From: an uncultured Alphaproteobacteria bacterium
GTDB taxonomy: Bacteria > Pseudomonadota > Alphaproteobacteria > Acetobacterales > Acetobacteraceae
Assembly: GCA_963716705.1 (NCBI GenBank)
Contig: CAVQTW010000028.1
Location: 3,047 to 67,046 of the forward strand
DNA: 64,000 bases
Direction: 5' to 3'
Shown here: positions 1-11,777 of the stretch, piece after piece
How positions within the stretch are numbered: position 1 is the stretch's first letter
Layout: the number at the start of each line of letters is the position of its first letter
The notes under the pieces: generated by a model
Database searches by the model: none
What the model was told of the DNA's origin: nothing
The model's input: only the letters and a program-made list of their open reading frames with translations
Program-made: the position numbers and the translations under genes

Positions 1-592
1 TGACCGCGCCCCAGTCACCGGCGGCGGCGAGCGCGGTCTGCGCGGCGGCGGCGGTGGTGGGTGCCGCGGCCACCACCATGGTGCCGGCGCCATCCACCGC
101 GGTCAGGGTGTAGGTCGTGCCGGCCTCGTTGCGGGTGGTGACGATGTTGCCGCCGCCATTCGCGGTGGCCGTGTCCAGCAGCGTGCGGCCATTGTAGGTC
201 GCATCGGTGATGAAGTTCGTGATCTGGGTGCGCAGCGCGGTGTACTGCGCCTCGTACTGGGAACGCTGGTCGGTGTTCAGCGTGTCGTCGGCCAGGCGGA
301 CCAGGGTCTCGCGCACCTTGATCATGGTGTCGGAGACCTTGCGCAGGCCGGCCAGCGCGGTGTCCAGCACGCCCTTGACGCCGCCGAGCTGCTCGTTCGC
401 GGCCGTGAGGCCGGCGACATCGGCGCGCACCGACTGGGCGACGGCGAAGGCCGCGCCGTCATCCTTCGCGTCCGAGACGCGAAAGCCTGTCGAGACGCGC
501 TTCTGCGTGGTGTTCAGCGCCTCATTCGTGCGGTTCAGCGACTGCAACGCCACCATGGCGCCGAGATTCGTGTTCACGGAATTGAGGCTCAT
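1..592 (-). CDS. fliC: Flagellin, N-terminal part (runs off the window start)
   Basis: Manual translation from ATG at 592 gives MSLNSVNTNLGAMVALQSLNRTNEALNTTQKRVSTGFRVSDAKDDGAAFAVAQ..., the classic flagellin N-terminal helix, and later DATYNGRTLL. Not in the ORF track because it is truncated. Confidence 0.92.
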   Translation of the reverse strand, partial: MSLNSVNTNLGAMVALQSLNRTNEALNTTQKRVSTGFRVSDAKDDGAAFAVAQSVRADVAGLTAANEQLGGVKGVLDTALAGLRKVSDTMIKVRETLVRLADDTLNTDQRSQYEAQYTALRTQITNFITDATYNGRTLLDTATANGGGNIVTTRNEAGTTYTLTAVDGAGTMVVAAAPTTAAAAQTALAAAGDWGAV

Positions 593-700
593 CGGGATCT
601 TCCCTTCGCAGGGGCGGGATATTCCCGCCGAGGCCTCACTGTGCCGTGCGAAGGTGAAGGCTTTGCTAATCGCGCGAAGAAATTCGCCGCCAAATGCGAA

Positions 701-730
701 GGGCTCCGCTGCCTCACGGCAACGGAGCCC
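701..730 (-). terminator. Probable intrinsic terminator hairpin after the cold-shock gene
   Basis: GGGCTCCGCTGCC-TCAC-GGCAACGGAGCCC inverted repeat about 20 nt past the stop at 753; weak U-tract on the minus strand. Confidence 0.5.
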
Positions 731-752
731 CGGCCGGATCAACCCCGAAGGA

Positions 753-1562
753 TCACTCCTTCATGTTCACGGCCTGGCGGCCACGCTGGCCATCGCGCAC
801 TTCAAGCGCAACCTTCTCGCCCTGCTGAACATCCTGCTTGCCGGCGCGCTGCAGAACCGAGGAATGCAGGAACACGTCCTGACCACCATCTTCCGGGGTC
901 ACGAAGCCGAAGCCGCGGACCTGGTCGAACCACTTCACGGTGCCGCTGACATCGTAGGTCGGCCCGCCTTCGTCGCGCCCACCGCCGAAGTCACGCCGGG
1001 GCGGACGGTCGCCGAACGCACGCGGCGGGCGGTCGCCGAAGCCACCACCGCCGCCTGCCCCAAAGCCACCGCCACCGGCGCCGAAACCACCGCCACCGCC
1101 AAAGTCACGGCGCGGCGGACGGTCGCCGAAGTCGCGGCGCGGAGGGCGGTCGCCAAAGCCACCACCGCCACCGGCGCCGAAGCCACCACCACCGCCAAAG
1201 TCACGGCGCGGCGGACGGTCGCCGAAGTCACGGCGCGGAGGGCGGTCGCCGAAGCCACCACCACCACCGGCGCCGAAATCACGGCGCGGCGGCGGGCGAC
1301 CGCCGGGCGGACCCTCGCCGCGCTTCATCTCGACGATGCGGGTCACGAGGCGCCGGCCCTGGCGGTCGGTGCCGATTTCACAGACGAGCTTGTCGCCCGT
1401 GTCCGGCGGTTCGATCCCTGCCTCGGTCAGCGCCGAGGCGTGAAAGAAAACGTCGGTGCCATCCGGCCCCAGCACGAAGCCGAAGCCCTTGCGGCCATTG
1501 TACCATTTCACCTCGGCCTCGATCGGCCCGGTGCCACCCTGATTTTCGAATTCGGAAGACAC
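753..1562 (-). CDS. Cold-shock domain protein with two CSDs joined by a Gly/Arg/Phe-rich repeat linker
   Basis: Two RNP1/RNP2-bearing CSDs (VKWYNGRKGFGFV...DVFFHAS and VKWFDQVRGFGFV...DVFLHSS); probable GTG start at 1562 with AGGA upstream. Confidence 0.9.
   Translation of the reverse strand: MSSEFENQGGTGPIEAEVKWYNGRKGFGFVLGPDGTDVFFHASALTEAGIEPPDTGDKLVCEIGTDRQGRRLVTRIVEMKRGEGPPGGRPPPRRDFGAGGGGGFGDRPPRRDFGDRPPRRDFGGGGGFGAGGGGGFGDRPPRRDFGDRPPRRDFGGGGGFGAGGGGFGAGGGGGFGDRPPRAFGDRPPRRDFGGGRDEGGPTYDVSGTVKWFDQVRGFGFVTPEDGGQDVFLHSSVLQRAGKQDVQQGEKVALEVRDGQRGRQAVNMKE
975..1310 (-). repeat. Coding tandem repeat: about 7 (D)RPPRRDFG-like units with GGGGFG spacers, including a 96-bp higher-order duplication
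   Basis: TCACGGCGCGGCGGACGGTCGCCGAAGTC occurs at 1105 and 1201 (96 bp apart); repeats are visible in the translation. Confidence 0.9.
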
Positions 1563-1680
1563 GTTCCTGCAGTTCCACACAATACGGGCAATCCTGCGGG
1601 ATGCAGGGTTGCTGTTTGGCAGAATGGCACCCTGCCCTGCCGAAAGCGAGCGAAATTGCGTTGCAGACCGCTGGCCGCAA

Positions 1681-2943
1681 CTACGCGAATTGGCGCACGT
1701 TGAATGCGCTGATGTCGATCTCGGACGGCTGTCCCGAGAGCAGGTCGGCCACCACCCGGCCGGTGCGTGCGCCCGCAACCAGGCCGGTATGGCCATGCCC
1801 GAAGGCATGCACGATATCCGCCGTGGCGCTGGCCGGCCCGAGGCAGGGCATGCCGTCGGGCATCGAGGGGCGATGCCCCATCCAGACCTTCACGCGATCG
1901 GCCGGCAGGTCGCGCGGCAGGCCCGGGAAGCAGGACAGCAGCCGGTCGCGCAGGATTTCCGAACGCTTCCAGTTGGGTGCGGCCGCAAGGCCCGCGATCT
2001 CGACCTGCCCGGCGCAGCGCAGGCCGCCCGCGGTGCGCATGATCGACATCTTGCCGTCCGAGGGCATCAGCCCGTGGCGGGGCGCCACCTCGGGGTCGGT
2101 GATCTCGGCATGGTAGCCGCGCTCGGTCTCCAGCGGCACCGCATCCCCCGCCGCGGCGGCGAGCGGGCGGGCATGGGCGCCGGCGGCGATCACCGCGGCA
2201 TCGCAGGCGACCTCGCCGGCATCGGTGCGCACGGCGCGCAGGCGCCCGCCCTCGATGGTGAAGCCGGTGGCCGCGGCACAGTGGTGCTGCGCGCCCTGCG
2301 CCACGGCATGGGCCACCAGGGCCGCGACATAGGCGCCGGGGTCGGTGCAGTGGCCACCTTCCTCGACCATGGCGGCGAAGGTGTAGCGCTGGTCGAGGTC
2401 GGGCTCGCGCTGGCGTAGTTCGTTGGCGTCGAGTTCCAGCCAGCGGACGCCGACGCGGTGGCGGATGGTCCAGGCCATCTCCTCCGCCTCGAAATCGGCG
2501 CGCGAGGGGTAGATGTACATCAGGCCGCGGCGTTCGATCAGGTGGCCCACGCCCGCTTCCTCGGCCAGTACGGCGTGCATCGCGGGGGCGTTGACCACCA
2601 GCGGGCGCAGCGCGCGCGCGGCGGCCTCGACCCGGTCCCAGGTCCAGCCGGCGCGCAGGTAGCGCACCAGCCACGGCGCCACGCTCGGCAGGTAGGACCA
2701 GCGGATGGCCAGCGGGCCCAGCGGATCGGCGAGGAATTTGGGGATTTTCTTCCACAGCCCCGGCACGGCGGGCGGGATGACCGACATCGGGCTCAGCCAG
2801 CAGCCATTGCCGTAGGAAGCCGCCTGCTCGCCACCCGGTTCGGCAGGGTCGATGATGGTGACCTGGAAGCCGCGGCGCTGCGCCTCCAGGGCCGAGCAGG
2901 CGCCGATGATGCCCGCGCCGATGATCGCCACATGCCGCGTCAT
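1681..2943 (-). CDS. FAD-dependent oxidoreductase, D-amino acid dehydrogenase (DadA) family
   Basis: MTRHVAIIGAGIIG Rossmann motif, ASYGNG, WMGHRPSMPDG, AFGHGHTG. Confidence 0.88.
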   Translation of the reverse strand: MTRHVAIIGAGIIGACSALEAQRRGFQVTIIDPAEPGGEQAASYGNGCWLSPMSVIPPAVPGLWKKIPKFLADPLGPLAIRWSYLPSVAPWLVRYLRAGWTWDRVEAAARALRPLVVNAPAMHAVLAEEAGVGHLIERRGLMYIYPSRADFEAEEMAWTIRHRVGVRWLELDANELRQREPDLDQRYTFAAMVEEGGHCTDPGAYVAALVAHAVAQGAQHHCAAATGFTIEGGRLRAVRTDAGEVACDAAVIAAGAHARPLAAAAGDAVPLETERGYHAEITDPEVAPRHGLMPSDGKMSIMRTAGGLRCAGQVEIAGLAAAPNWKRSEILRDRLLSCFPGLPRDLPADRVKVWMGHRPSMPDGMPCLGPASATADIVHAFGHGHTGLVAGARTGRVVADLLSGQPSEIDISAFNVRQFA

Positions 2944-3590
2944 GATGCGCGGATCTTGGCGATTTTCGCCGAAGGGCCGGACTGCACCTCCTGGCCCGCC
3001 AGGTACTGGTCCAGGAAGAACAGCCGGTCCTGGCCCCAGATCCAGAGGTCGCCGCAGAAGATGACCGGCGAGCCGAATACGCCGCGCGCCACCGCGTCGA
3101 GGTTGTTGCGTTCCCATTCGGCGAGGATCGAGGGGCTCTCCTCCTCCCGGCGCAGGGCTTCGCCGGGCAGGCCTTCCTCCTCGGCGATGGCGACGCGCAC
3201 GCGCGGGTCGGCGATGTCGCGCTCGTCGCGCCAAAGCGCGCCCAGCAGGGCGTGGGAGAGCGCCATGGCGTCCATCCCGCGCGCCTGCGCCGCCATCACC
3301 ATGCGCCCGGCCGGGCGCTGGTCGGTTGGCGGGTAGTGCTTCGGCTTGAGGTTCAGCTTCAGGCCGAGGTGGCGCGACCAGCGGTCCAGTTCCAGCGCGT
3401 GGTAGTCCTGCCGCGGCTCGGGGCGGGTGCGCAGCGGGATGCCCCCGGTGCGCTTGATGACCAGGCGGAAATCATAGGGGCGCAGCACCAGCGACGCGCC
3501 ATGGCGCTTGACGATGTCGGTCAGCTGCGGCCCGCCCAGATACACCCAGGGCGAGGAGAGGGTGTAGAAGCATTCGATCGCCTGGCCCAT
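2940..3590 (-). CDS. 2-hydroxychromene-2-carboxylate isomerase / GST-kappa (DsbA-like) family protein
   Basis: FYTLSSPWVYLG near the N-terminus and RGVFGSPVI...WGQDRL at the C-terminus. Confidence 0.85.
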   Translation of the reverse strand: MGQAIECFYTLSSPWVYLGGPQLTDIVKRHGASLVLRPYDFRLVIKRTGGIPLRTRPEPRQDYHALELDRWSRHLGLKLNLKPKHYPPTDQRPAGRMVMAAQARGMDAMALSHALLGALWRDERDIADPRVRVAIAEEEGLPGEALRREEESPSILAEWERNNLDAVARGVFGSPVIFCGDLWIWGQDRLFFLDQYLAGQEVQSGPSAKIAKIRAS

Positions 3591-3595
3591 CGCGC

Positions 3596-4000
3596 TCAGC
3601 CCTTCTGCGCGCGGCCGGGGTCGGTGCCCGCCAGCAGCGAGACATGGGCCGAGACCACGCGCCAGCCATGCTCTGGCAGGCGCACCATGATCTTGGTCTC
3701 CCGCCCGATGAGGCCGGTGCCCACGCGCTCGTATTCCAGATGCGTGCAAGCGAAGTCGCGCCCGAAGGAGGTGATGTGCACCCGGCGCGTGGTGCGCGCC
3801 GCATAAGCCTTCACGGTGGAGCGGAAGGCGCGGATGGCATCGATGCCATACAGGATTTCCGTGACGCCGAAGCGCACGGTGCGCGGGTCCGGCCAGAAGG
3901 AGGCGTCGAGCACATCGGTATCATTGCCGGCGATCGCGGCCTCGTAGCGGTCGAAGACCGCCCGCGCCTCGGCGATGACCTCGGGTGTGTCGATCTCCAT
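3596..4000 (-). CDS. AtzH/HpxZ-like (DUF3225, NTF2-like) protein
   Basis: MEIDTPEVIAE...FDRYEAAI...TVRFGVTEILYGIDAIRAFR...GWRVVSAHVS. Confidence 0.8.
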   Translation of the reverse strand: MEIDTPEVIAEARAVFDRYEAAIAGNDTDVLDASFWPDPRTVRFGVTEILYGIDAIRAFRSTVKAYAARTTRRVHITSFGRDFACTHLEYERVGTGLIGRETKIMVRLPEHGWRVVSAHVSLLAGTDPGRAQKG

Positions 4001-4062
4001 GGCAGGCGGAACCTCCGGTCACGCGGAGCCCGTCCGTCAGGCGGGCGCCCGGGCCCGGGCGT

Positions 4063-4617
4063 TCATTCGCCCGAGTTGGAACCAGTGATACCGCGCGTAT
4101 CGAGATGCGTGAAGGACAGGCCATAGGACTTCACATAGCCCTTGAAGACGAACCAGCAGCCGAAGGCGCCGGCACTCCATTTGCGCGGCAGTTCCCCGAA
4201 GGGGATGTTGCCGTAGGAGATTTTCACCGCTTTCCGCTCGAAGGCGTAGGCGCTGTAGAACCAGCGGTCGTTCTCCCAGGATTTCAGCTTGGCCTTGACC
4301 GTCTCGGGCTTCACGCCGGCGACCTTGAAGTCGATCGCGGTGAAGGCCTGGTGCTGGCTCAGCCGCGCACGGCCCGCATTCTTGGCTGGATCGTTGTAGG
4401 CCTCGGTGCGGTAGCAACTGATGATGTTGATCGAGGAGTTAAACTCGTCGCGCAGCGCATCGAGCACCACGATGGTCGGCACGATGTTGTCCCATATCGT
4501 CATCGGCGGTGGGCCGTTGTCCTTGCGGTAGCGGCCGACCAGCAATTCGCTGGCGTTGAAGTTCTTCAGCCCGATCGATTCGACGAAGGCATCGAACTTC
4601 GCTGCGTTGAAAGACAT
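4063..4617 (-). CDS. Peptidase M15A (Hedgehog/DD-peptidase fold) Zn metallopeptidase
   Basis: LDALRDEF...IISCYRTEAYN...SQHQAFTAIDF...FTHLDTR provides the His/Asp/His zinc ligands; no obvious signal peptide. Confidence 0.78.
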   Translation of the reverse strand: MSFNAAKFDAFVESIGLKNFNASELLVGRYRKDNGPPPMTIWDNIVPTIVVLDALRDEFNSSINIISCYRTEAYNDPAKNAGRARLSQHQAFTAIDFKVAGVKPETVKAKLKSWENDRWFYSAYAFERKAVKISYGNIPFGELPRKWSAGAFGCWFVFKGYVKSYGLSFTHLDTRGITGSNSGE

Positions 4618-4731
4618 CCTGCTTCCCTCCCGGCCGCGGGCCTGTGCCCGTCGTTGGTCCGTTCTTGTGGATACAGGGCGGGGGCGGGCGGGGCGATGAA
4701 ACAGATCACATTGTCTGCATCAATACGCATG

Positions 4732-4763
4732 AAAAAGGGCCAGGCATTGCGGCCTGGCCCTTT
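4732..4763 (-). terminator. Rho-independent terminator downstream of coxM
   Basis: Perfect 12-bp stem AAAGGGCCAGGC / GCCTGGCCCTTT with a 6-nt loop and a TTTTT run on the minus strand. Confidence 0.8.
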
Positions 4764-4786
4764 ACGCACGAACGTCTTTTACGCTT

Positions 4787-5585
4787 TCAGCCGGCGGCGA
4801 CGAGCGCGCGCTTGGCCATGACGCCCACCAGATGCGCGCGGTATTCGGCGCTGCCGTGGATGTCGCTGTTGAGGTCGGTCTGCGGCCTGCTTCACGCCGG
4901 CCAGCGCATCGGCCGACCAGTTGGCGGCGAGCGCCTTTTCCATCTCCGCCTGGCGGAACACGCAGGGGCCCGCGCCATTCACCGCGACGCGCACGCCGCC
5001 GGCGCCCTTGGAGATGAACACGCCGGCCATGACGTAGCGGCTGGCGGGGTTCTTCATCTTGGCGTAGCCGGCCTTCTCGGGGATTGGGGAACTCGATCGC
5101 CACCAGGATCTCGCCAGCCTCCAGCGCGGTCGTGAACATGCCCAGGAAGAAGTCGTCGGCGGCGATCTTGCGCTTGGATGGTGTGGATGGTGGCACCCAG
5201 GCCCAGCACCGCCGCGGGATAGTCGGCGGCGGGGTCGTTGTTGGCGACCGACCCGCCGATGCGTGCCGCGGTTGCGCACCTGCAGGTCGCCGATGTGGCC
5301 GGCCAGGTAGGCGAGTGCGGGGATGGCGGCGGCGACCTCGGCGCTGGTCGCGACCTCCGACATGGCGGGTCAGCGCGCCGATGATGAGGCCGTTGCCCTG
5401 CTCCTTGATGCCCTTCAGCTCCGCGATGCCGGACGAGGTCGACCAGGATCGGACGGCTTGGTGAGCCGCTGCTTGAGGGCGGGCAGCAGCGTATGCCCGC
5501 CGGAGATCGCCTTGGCCTCGCGGATCGGCCAGCAGCTTCACCGCATCGGCGACGGAGCCCGGCTGTGATAGGCGAAATCGTACAT
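4787..5585 (-). CDS. coxM: Xanthine dehydrogenase family FAD-binding subunit (CoxM-like), frameshifted in this sequence
   Basis: Fragments across frames: [45 protein letters not shown]. Confidence 0.8.
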
Positions 5586-5648
5586 TTCGTTCGCTCCTTG
5601 CGTCGCGGGCCGGCCGGGCGATGCCCGGCGCGAGCCCTGCCGGTTGTG

Positions 5649-8062
5649 CTATTCGGCCGCCATCCGGCGACCGCTGTTGATGATCTGCCACATCTTCTCC
5701 GGCGTCGCCGGCATGTCGAGGTGCGACGCCGTAATCGGCGCAGCGCATCGACGACGGCGTTGATGACGGCCGGCGGCGCGCCGATCGCGCCGGCCTCGCC
5801 GCAGCCCTTCACGCCGAGCGGATTGTGCGTGCACGGCGTGGTGTGGTGGCCGACCTTGAAGGGCGGCAGGTCGTCCGCGCGCGGCATGCAGTAGTCCATG
5901 ATACGAGCCGCGTGAGCAGCTGGCCCGCGGTCGTCGTAGACGCAGCGTTCTCCAGCAGCGCCTGGCCGATGCCCTGGGCGATGCCGCCATGCACCTGGCC
6001 CTCGACGATCATCGGGTTGATGACGCTGCCCGACATCGTCGACGGCGGCGAAGTTCACCATCGCGACGCGCGCCCGTATCGGGGTCGATCTCGACCTCGG
6101 CGATGTGGCAGCCGCCGGGATAGGTGAAGTTCTTCGGGTCGTAGAAGGCGGTCTCCTCGAGGCCCGGCTCGATCTCGTCGATCGGATAGTTGTGCGGCAC
6201 GTAGGCGGCAACGAGATCTCGACCAACGCCTTGTCCTTGTCGGTGCCCGCGACGCGGAAGGCGCCGTCGTCGAACTCGATGTCGTCCGACGCTCGCCTCC
6301 AGCAGGTGCGCGGCGATCCGCTTGCCCTTGTCGATGATCTTGTCGATCGCCTTGACGATCGCCGAAGCCGCCGACCGCGAGCGAGCGCGAGCCGTAGGTG
6401 CCCATGCCGAAGGGCACCTTGGCGGTGTCGCCGTGGACGATGTCGACCTGCTCGATCGGCACGCCGAGCTTGTCGGCGACGAGCTGCGCGAAGGTGGTCT
6501 CGTGGCCCTGGCCGTGGCTGTGCGAGCCGGTCAGGACCGTGACCGAGCCGGTCGGGATGCACGCGGATCACGCCGACCTCGTAGAGACCCGCGCGCGCGC
6601 CGAGGCTGCCCGACCACCGCCGACGGCGCGATGCCGCAGGCCTCGATATAGGTCGAGATGCCGATGCCGCGCAGCTTGCCGCGCTTGGCCTGCTTCCGCG
6701 CGGCGCGCCTCGAAGCCCGCGTAGTCGGACGCTTCCAGCGCCTGGTCGAGCGTCGGCCTGGTAGTTGCCGGTGTCGTACTCCAGCGCGACCGGCGTCTGG
6801 TAGGGGAACTGGTCGGGCTGGATGAAGTTGCTCCGGCGCAGTTCCACCGGATCGATGCCGATCTCGCGCGCGGCGACTTGCTCATCAGGCGTTCGAGCAG
6901 GATAGGTGGCCTCCGGCCGGCCGGCGCCGCGATAGGCGTCGACCGGCACGGTGTTGGTGAAGACCGCCTTCACGTCGCAGTAGATGACGGGCGTCGTTGT
7001 AGGTGCCGGCCAGCAGCGTGCGCGTAGAGGTAGGTCGGCACGCACGGCGCGAAGGTGCGACAGGTAGGCGCCCATGTTGGCGTAGGTGTCGACCTTCAGG
7101 CCGAGGATGTTGCCGTCGGCGTCCAGCGCCAGTTCGCGCGTGGGTGACGTGGTCGCGGCCGTGCGCGTCCGACATGAAGGATTCGGAGCGGTCCGCCGTC
7201 CACTTCACCGGCCGGCCGAGCTTGCCCGCCGCCCAGGTGACGATCGCTTCCTCGGCGTAGTGGAAGATCTTCGAGCCGAAGCCGCCGCCGACATCGGGGG
7301 CGACGACGCGCAGCTTGTGCTCGGGGATACTGCAGCACGAACGCGCCCATCAGCAGGCGGATGACGTGCGGGTTCTGGCTCGTCGTGTACAGCGTGTAGT
7401 CGTCGCGTGGCGCGGTCGAACTCGCCGATCGCGGCGCGCGGCTCCATCGCGTTCGGGATCAGGCGGTTGTTCACGAGGTCCAGCGAGACGACCTTGGCCG
7501 CCTGCGCGAAGGCGGCATCGGTCGCGGCCTTGTCGCCGATCTCCCAGTCGTAGCAGATGTTGCCCGGCGCCTCGTCGTGCACGGCGGCGCGCCGGGCTTC
7601 GACGGCATCGAGCGTGCTGGCCACGGCCGGCAGCATTTCGTAATCGACCTCGATGAGCCTCGGCGGCGTCGCGCGCCTGTTCGCGCGTGTCGGCGATGAC
7701 GACGGCGACCGGGTCGCCCACGTGGCGCACCTTGCCCTGCGCGAGCACCGGGTGCGGCGGCTCGACCATCGGCGAGCCGTCCTTGTTGTGGATCAGCCAG
7801 CCGCAGGGCAGGCCGCCGATATTGTCGGCCGCCATGTCCGCGCCGGTGAAGCACCGCGACGACGCCGGGCATCTTGGCCGCGGCGGCGGTGTCGACGCGC
7901 CTTGATGCGCGCATGGGCATGCGGGCTGCGCAGCACCCAGGCATGCACCTGGCCCTGGCGGTTGATGTCGTCGGTGTAGGCGCCGCGGCCCTGGAGGAAG
8001 CGGAAATCCTCCTTCCTGCGGACGCTGGCGCCGATGCCTTCGAACGGGGCTACCACGTTCAT
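5649..8062 (-). CDS. coxL: Molybdopterin-binding large subunit, form II CO dehydrogenase-like (CoxL), frameshifted
   Basis: [25 protein letters not shown], active-site loop [11 protein letters not shown] (form II AYxGAGR), [25 protein letters not shown]. Confidence 0.85.
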
Positions 8063-8145
8063 GTGCTGTCGCCTCCCTGATGGGCGTTGCTTGTTCTTGC
8101 GCCCGGGATTTGCCGGGTCGTGCCTTGGGGCGCGCGCGCCCGTCG

Positions 8146-8651
<506 letters not shown>

Positions 8652-8781
8652 CGCGTGTCTCCCCAAGGTAGAGTTGGTATTCGGGCATGTAGCGCCCGGC
8701 GTCGAGGGCACAAGCCTCGCCTTCCATGCCGGGCTTCGTCAAGCGGCGAGGTGGGCGGGGCCTGGCACCCCGCCCGACGCC

Positions 8782-9825
8782 TCAGTGGCGCGCCGCAATC
8801 AGCGCCGCACCCTTCGCACCGGCCAGCGGGTTCTCGGCCGCCGGGCGGTCGTGCAGGTGGCAGGCGGCCCAGTGGCCTTCCTCGGTCTGGCGCAGGGCGG
8901 GTTCGTCCTGGCGGCAGCGGTCGAAGGCGTAGGGGCAGCGGGTGTGGAAGCGGCAGCCGCTGGGCGGGTTGATCGGGCTCGGCACGTCGCCCTTCAGGAT
9001 GATGCGCGTTGCGCGCGGCCCGGGCTCGGGCACCGGCACGGCCGACAGCAGCGCCTCGGTGTAGGGATGCTGCGGGGCGGCGAAGAGTCGCCGCTTGGGC
9101 GCCACCTCGACGATCTTGCCGAGATACATCACCGCGACGCGGTGCGTCATGTGCTCGACGACGGCGAGGTCGTGGCTGATGAAGAGATGCGCCAGGCCGA
9201 ACTCCTCCTGCAGGTCCTGCAGCAGGTTGACGATCTGCGCCTGCACCGACACGTCGAGCGCCGAGACCGGCTCGTCGCAGACGATCACGTCCGGGTCGAC
9301 CGCGAGCGCGCGGGCGATGCCGATGCGCTGGCGCTGGCCGCCGGAGAATTCGTGCGGCTAGCGCCCGAGCCGCGTCGCGCGGCAGGCCGCACCTTGTCCA
9401 GCAGCGCGGCCACCTTGCGCCTCGACATCCGCGCGTCGCTTCGGCGAGGCCGAAGTTGCGGATCGGCTCGGCCAGGATGTCGCGCACGCGCATGCGCGGG
9501 TTGAGGCTGCGAGAACGGGTCCTGGAAGACCATCTGCATGCGCCGGCGGCATGCGGCGCAGCGTGCCCGCGGGCAGGTCGTCGATGCGCTTGCCGTCCAG
9601 CACGACCTGGCCGGCGGTGATGGCGAACAGCCGCAGGATGGCCTTGCCGACGGTCGACTTGCCGCAGCCCGATTCGCCGACCAGCGACAGCGTCTCGCCG
9701 CGCGTCGATCGAGAAGGACACGCCGTCGACGGCATAGACCTGGCCGCGTGACGCCGCCGAAGCAAGCCGCCGCGGACCGGGAAGTGCTTCTTGAGGTCGT
9801 TCGACCTCGAGGACGGCGGCGTCGC

Positions 9826-9829
<4 letters not shown>
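8782..9829 (-). CDS. Oligopeptide/dipeptide ABC transporter ATP-binding protein (OppF/DppF), frameshifted
   Basis: GESGCGKST Walker [12 protein letters not shown] Walker B, C-terminal GCRFHTRCP...ACHL. Confidence 0.88.
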
Positions 9830-10836
<1,007 letters not shown>

Positions 10837-10843
10837 CGCGCTG

Positions 10844-11777
10844 TCAGCATCCGTCTTGGCCATGCGCGGGTCGAGCGCGTCGCGCAGGCCGTCGCCGAGC
10901 AGGTTCACGGCGAGCACGGTCACCGACAGGAAGATCGCCGGGAAGAAGACGATGTAGGGCTTGACCTGCCAGAGCGCGCGGCCCTCGGCCATGATGTTGC
11001 CCCAGGACGGGATGATCGGCGGCGTGCCGGCGCCGAGGAAGGACAGGATCGACTTCGACGATCATCGCCGAGGCGCAGATGTAGGTCGCCTGCACGATCA
11101 GCGGCGCGATGGTGTTGGGCAGGATGTGGCGCAGGATGATCATCGGCGTGCGCGTGCCCGCGGCGATCGCCGCCTCGACATAGGGCTGCTCGCGCAGCGA
11201 CAGCACGACGCCGCGCACCAGCCGCGACGACGCGCGGGATCTCGGCGATGGTGATGGCGATGATGACGTTCTGCGACGCGAGCCGCGCGTCAGCGCCATC
11301 AGCGCGATGGCGAGCAGGATCGGCGGGATCGACATCAGGCCGTCCATGATGCGCATGATGATGCCGTCGGCCCAGCGCACGAAGCCGGAGACGAGGCCGA
11401 TCGGCGAGCCCGACGACCGAGGCCAGGATCGCCACCGCGAAGCCGACGATCAGCGAGACGCGCGCGCCGTAGAGCACGCGCGAATAGACGTCGCGGCCCA
11501 GCATGTCGGTGCCGAACCAGTAGCGGCGCCGACGGCTCGCGCGTGCGCTGCGACGGGCGCGATCGCGGTCGGATCGACGGTGCCAGAGCAGCGGCGCGAA
11601 GACCGCCATGAAGATCATCAGCCAGCAGCATGATGCCGCCGATGGCGATGGCGGGATTGCGCCAGATGAAGCCGGCGACGCCGCGCGGGCTTGACCGGCG
11701 GCATGATGTCGGCAGTCGGCGGCCGCCGCGACAGGTCGCCGCGGTGACGTCGCCGGCTGAGTCGGAGCGGCGGTCAT
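10844..11777 (-). CDS. ABC transporter permease (OppC/DppC), frameshifted
   Basis: [42 protein letters not shown]. Confidence 0.85.

Noticed and set aside
975-1310. Repeat array considered as a possible CRISPR
   Set aside because: Units are in-frame coding repeats without unique spacers, and there are no cas genes.
207-1703. 498-aa plus-strand ORF with Ala/Thr-rich repeats
   Set aside because: Antisense shadow of the flagellin and cold-shock genes; its repeats mirror the CSD linker.
5649-8062. Bona fide (form I) aerobic CO dehydrogenase
   Set aside because: The loop is AYRGAGR rather than AYxCSFR, and the gene order is S-L-M.
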